64,000 bases of DNA, from the NCBI GenBank assembly GCA_963664405.1, contig OY761158.1, positions 480,001 through 544,000 on the forward strand. The letters are read 5' to 3'. The position numbers and the translations under genes are program-made. The number at the start of each line of letters is the position of its first letter. Positions within the stretch are counted from its first letter, which is position 1. A model generated the notes under the pieces. The model saw nothing but the letters and a program-made list of their open reading frames with translations, was not told the origin of the DNA and did not search any database. Shown in pieces: positions 9,248 to 18,034 of this stretch. This DNA comes from Thermoanaerobaculia bacterium. GTDB lineage: Bacteria > Acidobacteriota > Thermoanaerobaculia > Multivoradales > Multivoraceae.

Positions 9248-10519
9248 TTGAACTTCGATATTGATGCCGACCTTGCTGCATACATTGAGGAGATTGACGA
9301 GTTCATCGAGAAGGTGATCAAGCCGCTCGAAGAGACCGACGACAACATCCGCTTCTTCGATCACCGCCGGGAAGACGCTCGCACCGACTGGGACCGTGGT
9401 GGCCTACCCAACGAAGAGTGGGAGGCCCTCCTTGGAAAAGCCCGCGCTCTGGCTGACGAGGCAGGGCACTATCGCTACCAGCTCCCCAAGGAGGTCGGCG
9501 GCAAGGACGGCACGAATCTCGGCATGGCGATCATCCGCGAGCACCTCGCCGCCAAGGGACTGGGCCTGCACAACGACCTCCAAACCGAACACTCGATCGT
9601 CGGCAACGCGGTTGGCGTTCTGCTCATGCTCGCCCACGGCACCGAGGGGCAGAAAGAGAAGTTCCTCGAACCGCTACTCACTGGCACCACTGGATTCGCC
9701 ATGGGCATTACCGAGCCTCAGCACGGTTCGGACGCCACCCATATGGAGACCACGGCCGTCCGAGATGGCGACGATTGGTGCATCAATGGCGAGAAGACCT
9801 GGAATACCGGCATCCACAAAGCACCCTACGACCTGATCTTCGCGCGCACCGACGGCAATGCCGGCGACGGCGAGGGCATCACCTGTTTCCTGGTCCCCAC
9901 CGATAGCGCGGGATTCAAGGTGGAGGAGATGCTATGGACTTTCAACATGCCGACCGACCACGGCCGCATCTCACTCAAAGATGTGGTCGTGCCCAACGAC
10001 ACAATCTTCGGCGGCGAAGGTCGGGGTCTGCATGTGGTGCAGCACTTCTTCAATGAAAACCGCATCCGCCAGGCCGCAGGCAGTCTCGGCGCAGCACAGT
10101 TCTGCATCGATGAATCGGTCAGCTACGCCCAGGAGAGGAAACCCTTCGGCAAGCCCCTGTCCGTCAATCAGGGGATCCAATTTCCACTCGTCGAGCTGCA
10201 GACGCAATGCGAGATGTTACGCGCGTTCATCCACAAGACTGCCTGGATGATGGATACCTACGGCGCTTTCACGGTCTCCGACAAGGTCTCGATGTGTAAC
10301 TACTGGTCGAATCGCCTCTGCTGCGAAGCGGCCGACCGCGCGATGCAAGTGCACGGGGGCCTCGGCTACTCCAGACACAAGCCCTTTGAGCACATTTACC
10401 GTCACCACCGCCGCTACCGCATCACCGAGGGCTCGGAGGAGATCCAGATGCGTCGCGTCGCCGGCTACATGTTCGGATTCATGAAGCAACAAGCGCCTAA
10501 AGGCGTTCGAGAGGACTGA
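9248..10519 (+). CDS. Acyl-CoA dehydrogenase
   Basis: ITEPQHGSD, INGEKTW, RKPFGK, QVHGGLG and RITEGSEEIQ motifs. Confidence 0.95.
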   Translation: MNFDIDADLAAYIEEIDEFIEKVIKPLEETDDNIRFFDHRREDARTDWDRGGLPNEEWEALLGKARALADEAGHYRYQLPKEVGGKDGTNLGMAIIREHLAAKGLGLHNDLQTEHSIVGNAVGVLLMLAHGTEGQKEKFLEPLLTGTTGFAMGITEPQHGSDATHMETTAVRDGDDWCINGEKTWNTGIHKAPYDLIFARTDGNAGDGEGITCFLVPTDSAGFKVEEMLWTFNMPTDHGRISLKDVVVPNDTIFGGEGRGLHVVQHFFNENRIRQAAGSLGAAQFCIDESVSYAQERKPFGKPLSVNQGIQFPLVELQTQCEMLRAFIHKTAWMMDTYGAFTVSDKVSMCNYWSNRLCCEAADRAMQVHGGLGYSRHKPFEHIYRHHRRYRITEGSEEIQMRRVAGYMFGFMKQQAPKGVRED

Positions 10520-10559
10520 GAGGAGAAGCGACCCGCAAGGAGAGCAGCGGCGGCGGGCT

Positions 10560-11246
10560 CTACACCGAGCGCAGCGATTCGACTCCTCCAGCTTTGAGGT
10601 AGAGGGTGCAGCCTGGTTCTGTCGAAGGCTGAAACACCGCACCAGGGGGAAGCCGAAGCCACCAACCGCTCCCATAGCGGCCCTCATCATCGGTCAGCTC
10701 ACCTTCGAGGATGAAGATCTCCGCCCCGCCGGGAAAGCGACGGAGGGCAGAAGCGACCCCTGCCGCCCACCGCTCTAGACAAGAGGAATCCGCGAATCGC
10801 GAATCCTGATAAAGCACTTTCTTTTCGATTCCAACCTCGGCAGTGGCAATCCAGTCCAAGTCTTCAGTGTTGATCTGCAGTCGCTCCCGTGCCTCACCGA
10901 CGTACTGCCGTAGCTTCACCCACAAGAGGCAGCCCTCGTGAGAGAAGGGTTGGTGGGAACTACCGTGGGGATTCAGTAGGTACGATCCCGGGCCCCAGTC
11001 CCCTGCTTGATCCGAAAAGGTGCCCTCTAGAACAAGGATCTCCTCACCCTCAGGATGCTCGTGCTCCGAGAAGGTCGCATCCGGCGCAAAGCGCACGAGA
11101 GACGTCACTTCTCCCGCTTCCACCGGTCCCACTCGGTGAAGTCGCTTACGAAACACAGAGCCGCTGGGACTTCCCTCCCACGGCATCGACCCGGTATCGA
11201 CCGCGACTCGCCTCGACATATCGCCGTTTACCGGGGCAGCAGTCAA
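10560..11246 (-). CDS. ChrR-like double cupin protein
   Basis: HEHPEGEEILVLEGTFSD..GSYLLNP..S.HQP motif, repeated in degenerate form in the second half. Confidence 0.88.
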   Translation of the reverse strand: MTAAPVNGDMSRRVAVDTGSMPWEGSPSGSVFRKRLHRVGPVEAGEVTSLVRFAPDATFSEHEHPEGEEILVLEGTFSDQAGDWGPGSYLLNPHGSSHQPFSHEGCLLWVKLRQYVGEARERLQINTEDLDWIATAEVGIEKKVLYQDSRFADSSCLERWAAGVASALRRFPGGAEIFILEGELTDDEGRYGSGWWLRLPPGAVFQPSTEPGCTLYLKAGGVESLRSV

Positions 11247-11269
11247 ATGACCCTCTCCTCCAGAAAGGC

Positions 11270-11608
11270 CTAGGTGAACGATGCGAGAGCTTCGGCCTCG
11301 GCCTCGAAGATCTCGAAGACGCCGATCAGCCGGGTGCTCTTGAGCACATCTCCGACTCGCAGCTGAAGGTTGAGCAACTTGATCACCGAGCCACGGTTGA
11401 TGGCCGAGGTGTAGGCCGCGACCAACTCACCTACGCCCGAAGAGTCGACTACCGGTACACCCTTCATGTCGAGGAGAATCTTTTTTTCGCCAGCGGACAC
11501 CGCGGCACGAATCGCGTCCCCGACGTCTGAGTCTCCCTGACCTATCGTCAATCGTCCGGAGAGCTCCACCACCAAGACATCTCCCTCTTTTCGCTGTTTG
11601 ATCTCCAT
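11270..11608 (-). CDS. STAS-domain anti-sigma factor antagonist
   Basis: LSGRLTIG, LLDMKGV.VVDSSGVGELV phosphorylation loop. Confidence 0.92.
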   Translation of the reverse strand: MEIKQRKEGDVLVVELSGRLTIGQGDSDVGDAIRAAVSAGEKKILLDMKGVPVVDSSGVGELVAAYTSAINRGSVIKLLNLQLRVGDVLKSTRLIGVFEIFEAEAEALASFT

Positions 11609-11708
11609 CGCTTCCAGCTCCTTTTCCGACTGCCAAAGCACTGCTTGGCATGCCTGTCTTCAATATCGGGAGGCGTGATCGTATCAGTGAGTCGACAGCC
11701 GAGCTCCC

Positions 11709-13145
11709 CTAGGCGGTCGCTGCAGCCGCTTGGATGCGACTCCATGCAGAGACGACGTGGCGACGCTCGGTATGAGTCTGTCCTACGCAAAGGCGGAGGC
11801 TGAGGCGGTCGTGAATGCGGGTCGTGCTCAGATACAGGGCACCGCTGCGATTGAGCTCATCAACTAGACGTTGATTGATCTCGTCAGCGCCGCACAGCCG
11901 AAAGCAAACCAGGTTGAGAGGTGTCGGAGCTGTGAGCTCGAAGCGCTCGTCCTCTTCGATCCAAGCTCGTAGCTCCTGGGCCCAGGTAATGTGCTGACGA
12001 AGGTGATGACGCAGCCCTTCGATCCCGTAGTGACGTATAACGAGCCACAACTTCAGGGCCCGAAAACGACGGCCGAGAGGAACCTGCCAATCACGGTAGT
12101 CCAAAACACCCCCAGCTTCGCTCGCCTGATTGCGAAGAAACTCCGGCATGATGCTCAGGGCGCCTATCAGCGCCGCGCGATCAGCCACCCAGAAACAGCT
12201 ACAGTCGAAGTTGGTGAACAGCCACTTATGCGGATTGAAGCAATAGCTGTCCGCCAACTCGAGCCCCTCGAAGAGGAGTCGATGCTCGGGGCACACCGCT
12301 GCCGACCCCGCCATTGCAGCGTCAACGTGCAGCCAAACCTCTTGACGCTTACAGACTTCGCCGATCTCCAGCAGGGGATCCATGGCGTGGGACGAGGTTG
12401 TACCCACGGTCGCGCAAACAAAGAAGGGCGTGTATCCAGCGGCACGATCGGCCTCGATCTGGTCCTCGAGCAAGTCTGGACGCATCGCCATGGTGTCGTC
12501 GACCGCGACCGTGCGTAACTGCTGCGAACCGATACCAGCGATGCGGATGCCCTTCTCCACCGATGAGTGCGACTCGCTCGAAACGTAGGCGGTGAGCCGC
12601 CCGTCGCAGCCCTTCGCGTTGCTCGCCCCCGCCGTCGCTCTCTCTCGAGCAGCAAGGATGGCGCACAGGATCGCACTCGAAGCCGTATCTTGAATCACCC
12701 CACCTCCGGACGACCCGGACAAGAACGCATCCGGCAACCCCATCATTTCGACCAGCCAGTCCAACACATGGGTCTCCAGCTCCGTACAGGCCGGGCTGGT
12801 TACCCACAGCATCCCCTGGACCCCTAACCCCGCAGAGAGCAGCTCGCCGAGGACCGAAGGGCCCGAGGTGTTGGCGGGAAAGTAGGCGAAGAAGTTCGGC
12901 GATTGCCAATGAGTGATCCCAGGGAGCACGACTCGCTCGAGCTCCTCGATCAATTGGCCCAGGGACTCTCCCTGCTGCGGAGGCGATGGGGAGAGAAGGC
13001 GACGAATATCTCCAGGCGCGACGCCGGAGAGAACCGGAAGGTCCTCCACCCGCCCCTGGTAGTCCGCGATCCAGTCGACAACCTTGTGCCCGAGCTCCCG
13101 AAACTCGTCGCGGCTCATATGAAAGGCCTTCTCCTCAGACATCAC
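11709..13145 (-). CDS. PLP-dependent aromatic L-amino-acid decarboxylase (group II)
   Basis: THWQSPNFFAYFP, SPACTELE, WLHVDAA, FNPHKW (PLP lysine), RRFRALKLW. Confidence 0.92.
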   Translation of the reverse strand: MMSEEKAFHMSRDEFRELGHKVVDWIADYQGRVEDLPVLSGVAPGDIRRLLSPSPPQQGESLGQLIEELERVVLPGITHWQSPNFFAYFPANTSGPSVLGELLSAGLGVQGMLWVTSPACTELETHVLDWLVEMMGLPDAFLSGSSGGGVIQDTASSAILCAILAARERATAGASNAKGCDGRLTAYVSSESHSSVEKGIRIAGIGSQQLRTVAVDDTMAMRPDLLEDQIEADRAAGYTPFFVCATVGTTSSHAMDPLLEIGEVCKRQEVWLHVDAAMAGSAAVCPEHRLLFEGLELADSYCFNPHKWLFTNFDCSCFWVADRAALIGALSIMPEFLRNQASEAGGVLDYRDWQVPLGRRFRALKLWLVIRHYGIEGLRHHLRQHITWAQELRAWIEEDERFELTAPTPLNLVCFRLCGADEINQRLVDELNRSGALYLSTTRIHDRLSLRLCVGQTHTERRHVVSAWSRIQAAAATA

Positions 13146-13173
13146 GCTCCTCCGGCCAGGGGCTACAGCCTAC

Positions 13174-13339
13174 CTAGTGCCGTGTCTCCGACATGGCTTA
13201 CCAATATCTCGGCCCCTTTTGCCCGCTGCCGTCGTCGCGACTCGTCGACATATTCCCAATATGCCTGCCTCGTCGCTCCTTGACAGCAAATAAAATGACC
13301 TCGAGCTCTTGGCAAGCCATGTCGGAGACACAACACTAG
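13174..13339. mobile_element. MITE-like palindromic element, family B termini around the family A core (166 bp)
   Basis: TIR CTAGTGCCGTGTCTCCGACATGGCTT / AAGCCATGTCGGAGACACAACACTAG; reverse complement of the interior aligns with the family A core. Confidence 0.85.
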
Positions 13340-13386
13340 CGGCAACTGCAAAGTAGATAGGGGGACGGCACTCACCATCCCCGAAT

Positions 13387-14052
13387 CTACCCTAGCTGGA
13401 AGCGGAGCGTCACCGGTCTGCCGTCCTCGGGAAGGACGCCAGGACGGACCCTAAAACGAGTCGTACCCCTGACGAAGTCGCGGACCGTATAGCGTGCGTT
13501 TCCAGTCTTCCCGCCGGGACAGGAGTAGAGACAGGTAACGCAGCCCGATCGCCACTTGGGAATGTTGGCCCGATGTCCGCCGAAACGCATTTCGAATCCA
13601 GCTCCTCCCTCATCTTCGAGAATCTCCGAGAGCGACAGCAGCTCGCCGGCGGCGGAGGGACGCACAAAGATCTCTAGCGGCGGGCCCTCAACCACCCGGT
13701 CCGGCTCTCTCGAAGAATCGTCATTGCGTTGCTCCCAGGTATCGATATCGAGGGCGTCCCCCGCCACAGCTCCCAATGCCTCGAGGGCGTCCAGAATATC
13801 GCTGTCCGAAGCGGCTACCTGGAACAGCGCGGCCTCAGCCGCCGCTCCGCCTTTCCACACGATGAGGTGATAGCCCGCCATCTCTCCCCGCGAAAAGCCG
13901 GCCGCATTGACCACCGCCGACACCTCCAACGCCCGGTCGGCATCGAGGACGATGACCTCCGCGGAGAGACGTGGACGGCAACCGGCGCTAGAAACAAGCG
14001 CCACCAGGAGGAGCCTCCCGCCTACCCTCTTCGCAGCGGTCGAGCGCAGCAT
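13387..14052 (-). CDS. YdjY-like Cys-rich putative lipoprotein
   Basis: Lipobox-like SSAGC; GCVTCLYSCP motif; start overlaps the phhA stop (TGATG). Confidence 0.65.
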   Translation of the reverse strand: MLRSTAAKRVGGRLLLVALVSSAGCRPRLSAEVIVLDADRALEVSAVVNAAGFSRGEMAGYHLIVWKGGAAAEAALFQVAASDSDILDALEALGAVAGDALDIDTWEQRNDDSSREPDRVVEGPPLEIFVRPSAAGELLSLSEILEDEGGAGFEMRFGGHRANIPKWRSGCVTCLYSCPGGKTGNARYTVRDFVRGTTRFRVRPGVLPEDGRPVTLRFQLG

Positions 14053-14975
14053 CAATCTGCTCTCCCCGCCTCCAAGAACGAGTGTAGGTCGGCCTCGCCG
14101 ACAACGGGCTCACCCACGGCGACGTTGCCGAGCCGACCCTCGAGCATCCACTCCTCCAGGCGATCCACCTCGAAGTAGAGATGCTCGAAAGACTCGACGA
14201 CGAAGAGAAGGGGTTGCACGCGGTCAATAGCAAAGCCCTGATTGATCACCCACTCCAGGCGGAAAGGGTGACGTTGCACTGCCGGCGACTCGATACTCGT
14301 CGCGATCTCTTCGTAGGAGCTCAGTAGCCCGCTGCCGTAAGCCTCGAAGCGCCCTTCGTCGCCTCGCATCAGACCAAATTCGACGGTGAACCAGAAGAAG
14401 CGGGCCAAGGCTCGAATGATGCCCTCGAGCTCCCGCAGGCTACCGGAATCTTGCCCCCGACCGGAACTGAGGCGAGCCGCGGTATGGGCCACCTCCCCGA
14501 AGCGCACCAAGACATCAGAGAAGAGACGGTCCGTGTGCATCGGAACATGACCGGCAAGATCATGAAAGATATCGGGCTCGGGAAGATAGTCGAGGCACGA
14601 GAAGTCGCGAATCGTTATCGTGGTCGGAAACTCCCGGCGCCGGAGACAATCGAAGAACAGGTAAGCCGGCACGTAGCCGCTCACGGGCTTCGCCACGAAG
14701 CCGCTCAGCGGCGAAAGAAAGCGGTTTACGTCCTCGAATCTGGGGACGTGATCCGGATCGAGCGCGAGCCGATCCACGCCCTCCAGAAACTTCTTGTTGG
14801 CGTAGCGCTTCCATCGCGGCAAAAGGCGGCGATGCAGCTCCGCCCAGGTCCGATGGTTTGTCGAGCTGTAGAGCTCGTAAGGCTGGTGCACGAAGAGCTC
14901 CCCACTAGCTCTCGCCTCGTCGATGAAGGGCGCTCTTGCGGTCGTCAGGCCGGGGGCATTAATGGCAGTTTGCAA
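14052..14975 (-). CDS. phhA: Phenylalanine 4-monooxygenase (pterin-dependent aromatic amino acid hydroxylase)
   Basis: DYLPEPDIFHDLAGHVP, WFTVEFGL and YGSGLLSS; start inferred at TTG 14975 with GGAG upstream. Confidence 0.9.
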   Translation of the reverse strand: MQTAINAPGLTTARAPFIDEARASGELFVHQPYELYSSTNHRTWAELHRRLLPRWKRYANKKFLEGVDRLALDPDHVPRFEDVNRFLSPLSGFVAKPVSGYVPAYLFFDCLRRREFPTTITIRDFSCLDYLPEPDIFHDLAGHVPMHTDRLFSDVLVRFGEVAHTAARLSSGRGQDSGSLRELEGIIRALARFFWFTVEFGLMRGDEGRFEAYGSGLLSSYEEIATSIESPAVQRHPFRLEWVINQGFAIDRVQPLLFVVESFEHLYFEVDRLEEWMLEGRLGNVAVGEPVVGEADLHSFLEAGRAD

Positions 14976-15013
14976 AGCGTTCGGGCTCCAGAGTTGCTCA
15001 CTTCGAAGGTGGC

Positions 15014-15532
15014 TTAGGGGGCCACTCGCTCCAGCGGCAGCGACGTCGAGTGCTTGATCTCTCGCAGCACGATGCTGGTCCGAATACGGTCGACTCCAGG
15101 GGCTGGAGTGAGGTCTTCGAAGAGAAATCTCTCGAGATGTTTGTGGTTGCGCGCCGCCACCTTCAAAAGGTAGTCGTACTCGCCGGTTAGGTGATGGCAC
15201 TCGAGCACCTCCGGAAGATTACGGATTTCCGCGCGAAAGAGCGCGCGGATCCCGGGCTGGTGCCGAGCAAGGGTCACTTGGACAAAGCAGAGGATGTCCA
15301 GGCCCACAGCCTCTCGATCGAGAAGCGCGACATAGCGCTGAATAACCCCCTTCTCTTCCAAGCGTCGGAGCCTCTTCTGCAGCCCTGGCGGAGAAAGCTC
15401 CACGGCTTCGGCAAGCGACCGATTCGTGGCGCGACCGTTCTCCTGAAGCGCACGGAGGATCTGCCAGTCAGTGTGGTCGAGGCTGACGCCTTCAGAGGTC
15501 TCGGATTGGGGTTGGACTGAAGTCTTTGCCAT
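15014..15532 (-). CDS. Lrp/AsnC family transcriptional regulator
   Basis: LDHTDWQILRALQENGR..LS...RLRRLEEKGVI HTH; ECHHLTGEYDYLLKV. Confidence 0.95.
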   Translation of the reverse strand: MAKTSVQPQSETSEGVSLDHTDWQILRALQENGRATNRSLAEAVELSPPGLQKRLRRLEEKGVIQRYVALLDREAVGLDILCFVQVTLARHQPGIRALFRAEIRNLPEVLECHHLTGEYDYLLKVAARNHKHLERFLFEDLTPAPGVDRIRTSIVLREIKHSTSLPLERVAP

Positions 15533-15620
15533 CGCTTCTTCCCTCGAGAACCGGAAACCCTCTTAGTTTCGCGCCAACCCTACCATGAAATTCATTTAGT
15601 TATCCTAAGCTGTCGTATTT

Positions 15621-15665
15621 GTTAATATACATTAACTTGAAAGAGAATACTGGAAACTATATAAT
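15621..15665 (+). promoter_or_regulatory. Sigma70 promoter of the aminotransferase-hppD-hmgA operon with an upstream palindrome
   Basis: TTGAAA (15637) N17 TATAAT (15660); inverted repeat GTTAAT-ATAC-ATTAAC (15621-15636) abuts the -35; AT-rich island. Confidence 0.75.
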
Positions 15666-15711
15666 ACTCATTCAACGGAATTGAGACACTAAGAACACAA
15701 GAAAAGGCATC

Positions 15712-16926
15712 ATGCTCTTCACTCCCCTCTGCGCGCCGACCGAAGAGAAGAACCCGGTCGGCGAAAGACCCCGCCTGGCTACCTGGCTGCGACATCGCAA
15801 GCGGTCGCTATTGCGCCAGATGGTCACAGGAATTCCGCCAGACGTCCTCTCCTTTGCCGGCGGGCTACCGGCTCCCGACCTCTTTCCAAGCAAGGACTTC
15901 TCGTTCGCCCTCGAGGAAACTCTACGCAACGACACGAAGAGCCTCCAGTACGACTCCGAGTACGGCGATCTAAAGGCACAGATCGTCGCCCTGATGGCTC
16001 GCCGTGGAGTGCACTGCCACAGCGACAATGTGGTCCTTACGGCAGGCGCACAGCAGGGTCTTTCTGTCCTCTCGCATCTGCTTCTGGACCGCGGCAAGAC
16101 GGTGCTTCTGGAGAAGGTTACCTACACTGGAATTCAACAGGCAATTGCCTTCTCGGACCCGCAGGTTCGTGAGCTCCCCACTTCTCTGCACGACGGTATC
16201 GAGCTCCCCGAGCTCACCAAGCTCCTGAGCGCGCTCCAGGACCCCGCATTCCTCTATCTCGTCCCCGATTTCGCCAATCCGACAGGAAGCAGTATTCCAC
16301 TCGTGCGACGCCGAGAACTGGTCGAGCTCGCCCGGCTCCATCGCCTCCCGATAATCGAGGACGACCCTTACGGCTTCCTTGCCTACGACGGTCAGGCCCC
16401 GCCACCCCTGCGAGCCTGCGATGAAGAATGGATTTTCTATGTCGGTTCGTTCTCCAAGATCATCGCGCCGGCGCTGCGACTCGGGTGGATGGTTCTTCCT
16501 CGGGAGCTTGCCGAAAAGGCCTCGATCATCAAGGAGGCCGCCGACCTGGAGTGCTCCGCGCTACTGCAACGCGCAACCTCCCGCTTCCTGGCCCGTCTCG
16601 ACCTATCCGACCATCTCGACCGGCTTCGAAAGGTCTACGGTGAGCGACGGGACGCGATGCTCGAGGCTCTCGATCGCTATCTACCGGCCGGCGTCAGCTT
16701 CAGCCGGCCTGCCGGCGGAATGTTCGTCTGGCTGGAGTTAGCGAAGGGCCTGAACAGCCAGGCGCTACTCGCCAGGGCTATCGACGAACAAGGTATCGCA
16801 TTCGTGCCGGGAACAGCCTTCACCAATAGTGGCCACGGAGCGGAGAACTGCCTCCGCCTGAGCTTCTCCCAGGCCACACCCAATCAAATCGAAGACGGCA
16901 TTCGCCGTCTTGCCAAACTCTTTTAA
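15712..16926 (+). CDS. PLP-dependent class I/II aminotransferase (likely aromatic amino acid)
   Basis: SFAGGLP, PDFANPTG, EDDPY, GSFSKIIAPALRLGW; in an operon with hppD. Confidence 0.9.
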   Translation: MLFTPLCAPTEEKNPVGERPRLATWLRHRKRSLLRQMVTGIPPDVLSFAGGLPAPDLFPSKDFSFALEETLRNDTKSLQYDSEYGDLKAQIVALMARRGVHCHSDNVVLTAGAQQGLSVLSHLLLDRGKTVLLEKVTYTGIQQAIAFSDPQVRELPTSLHDGIELPELTKLLSALQDPAFLYLVPDFANPTGSSIPLVRRRELVELARLHRLPIIEDDPYGFLAYDGQAPPPLRACDEEWIFYVGSFSKIIAPALRLGWMVLPRELAEKASIIKEAADLECSALLQRATSRFLARLDLSDHLDRLRKVYGERRDAMLEALDRYLPAGVSFSRPAGGMFVWLELAKGLNSQALLARAIDEQGIAFVPGTAFTNSGHGAENCLRLSFSQATPNQIEDGIRRLAKLF

Positions 16927-16939
16927 CGGAGATCCAACC

Positions 16940-18034
16940 ATGACCGATTACTGCCCGATCGAGGGTTTTGACCATCTTGAGCTCTACGTCGGTAACGCTC
17001 GCCAAGCTGCCCAGTTCTACAACCGCTGCTTCGGCTTCAGCATCGTCGGCTATCGCGGCCTCGAGACCGGGGATCGCGACTTGGCATCCTACGTACTCGA
17101 CCAGGGGTCGATCCGGCTGGTGCTGACTACGGCGCTCACCTCCGAGCACCCGGTGGCAAAGCACGTCCTTCGTCACGGCGATAGCGTCGGAGCGCTGGCG
17201 CTGGCCGTCCCAAGTGCTCGAAAGGCTTACGAAGCGACTCTCGCGCGCGGGGCTCGAGGCGCCGCCGACCCCCGCGAAGAGTCCGACGACATGGGCGTGG
17301 TGCGCACCGCGGCAATTCACATCTACGGCGACACGGTGCTCCGGTTCATCGAGCGTGGAGACTATGGCGGCAAGTTCGGGCCAGGCTTCGAAAGCCGCGG
17401 CAACGGCGACGCGAACGGATACCGAGCCGGACTGGAGCAGGTGGACCACGTCGTTGGCAATGTCGCGCTTGGCGCAATGAACGAGTGGGTCACGTTCTTC
17501 AGCAACACGATGGGCTTCTCGCAGCTCGCTCACTTCGACGACGAAGCCATCTCGACCGAGTACTCCGCCCTGATGTCGAAGGTAATGCAGGACGGTTCGG
17601 GCAAGATCAAGTTCCCGATCAACGAGCCGGCCGAAGGCAAACGAAAGTCGCAGATCCAGGAGTTTCTCGACTACCACGGCGGGCCCGGCGTACAGCACAT
17701 CGCCTGCACCACGAGCGACATCATCGCCACCGTCGAGGCATTGGAGTCCAATGGCATTGACTTCCTTCGCGTGCCTGGCACCTACTACGAGGATCTCGAG
17801 GCGCGCGTCGGCAAGATCGACGAGCCGATAGACCGGCTCGCCGAGCTCGGAATCCTCGTCGACCGCGACGAGGACGGCTATCTTCTCCAGATCTTCACTC
17901 AACCTGTGGAGGATCGCCCCACCCTCTTCTTCGAGGTGATCGAGAGACACGGCGCACGAGGCTTCGGCGAAGGCAACTTCAAGTCTCTGTTCGAGGCCAT
18001 CGAGCGCGAGCAGGGAGCCCGGGGGAATCTGTGA
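16940..18034 (+). CDS. hppD: 4-hydroxyphenylpyruvate dioxygenase
   Basis: DHVVGNV, KFPINEP, SQIQEFL, GVQHIA, LLQIFT, FFEVIER, GFGEGNFKSLFEAIE. Confidence 0.97.
   Translation: MTDYCPIEGFDHLELYVGNARQAAQFYNRCFGFSIVGYRGLETGDRDLASYVLDQGSIRLVLTTALTSEHPVAKHVLRHGDSVGALALAVPSARKAYEATLARGARGAADPREESDDMGVVRTAAIHIYGDTVLRFIERGDYGGKFGPGFESRGNGDANGYRAGLEQVDHVVGNVALGAMNEWVTFFSNTMGFSQLAHFDDEAISTEYSALMSKVMQDGSGKIKFPINEPAEGKRKSQIQEFLDYHGGPGVQHIACTTSDIIATVEALESNGIDFLRVPGTYYEDLEARVGKIDEPIDRLAELGILVDRDEDGYLLQIFTQPVEDRPTLFFEVIERHGARGFGEGNFKSLFEAIEREQGARGNL

Noticed and set aside
14976-15200. Long N-terminal extension of phhA
   Set aside because: It overlaps the Lrp gene in another frame; TTG 14975 with GGAG is more plausible
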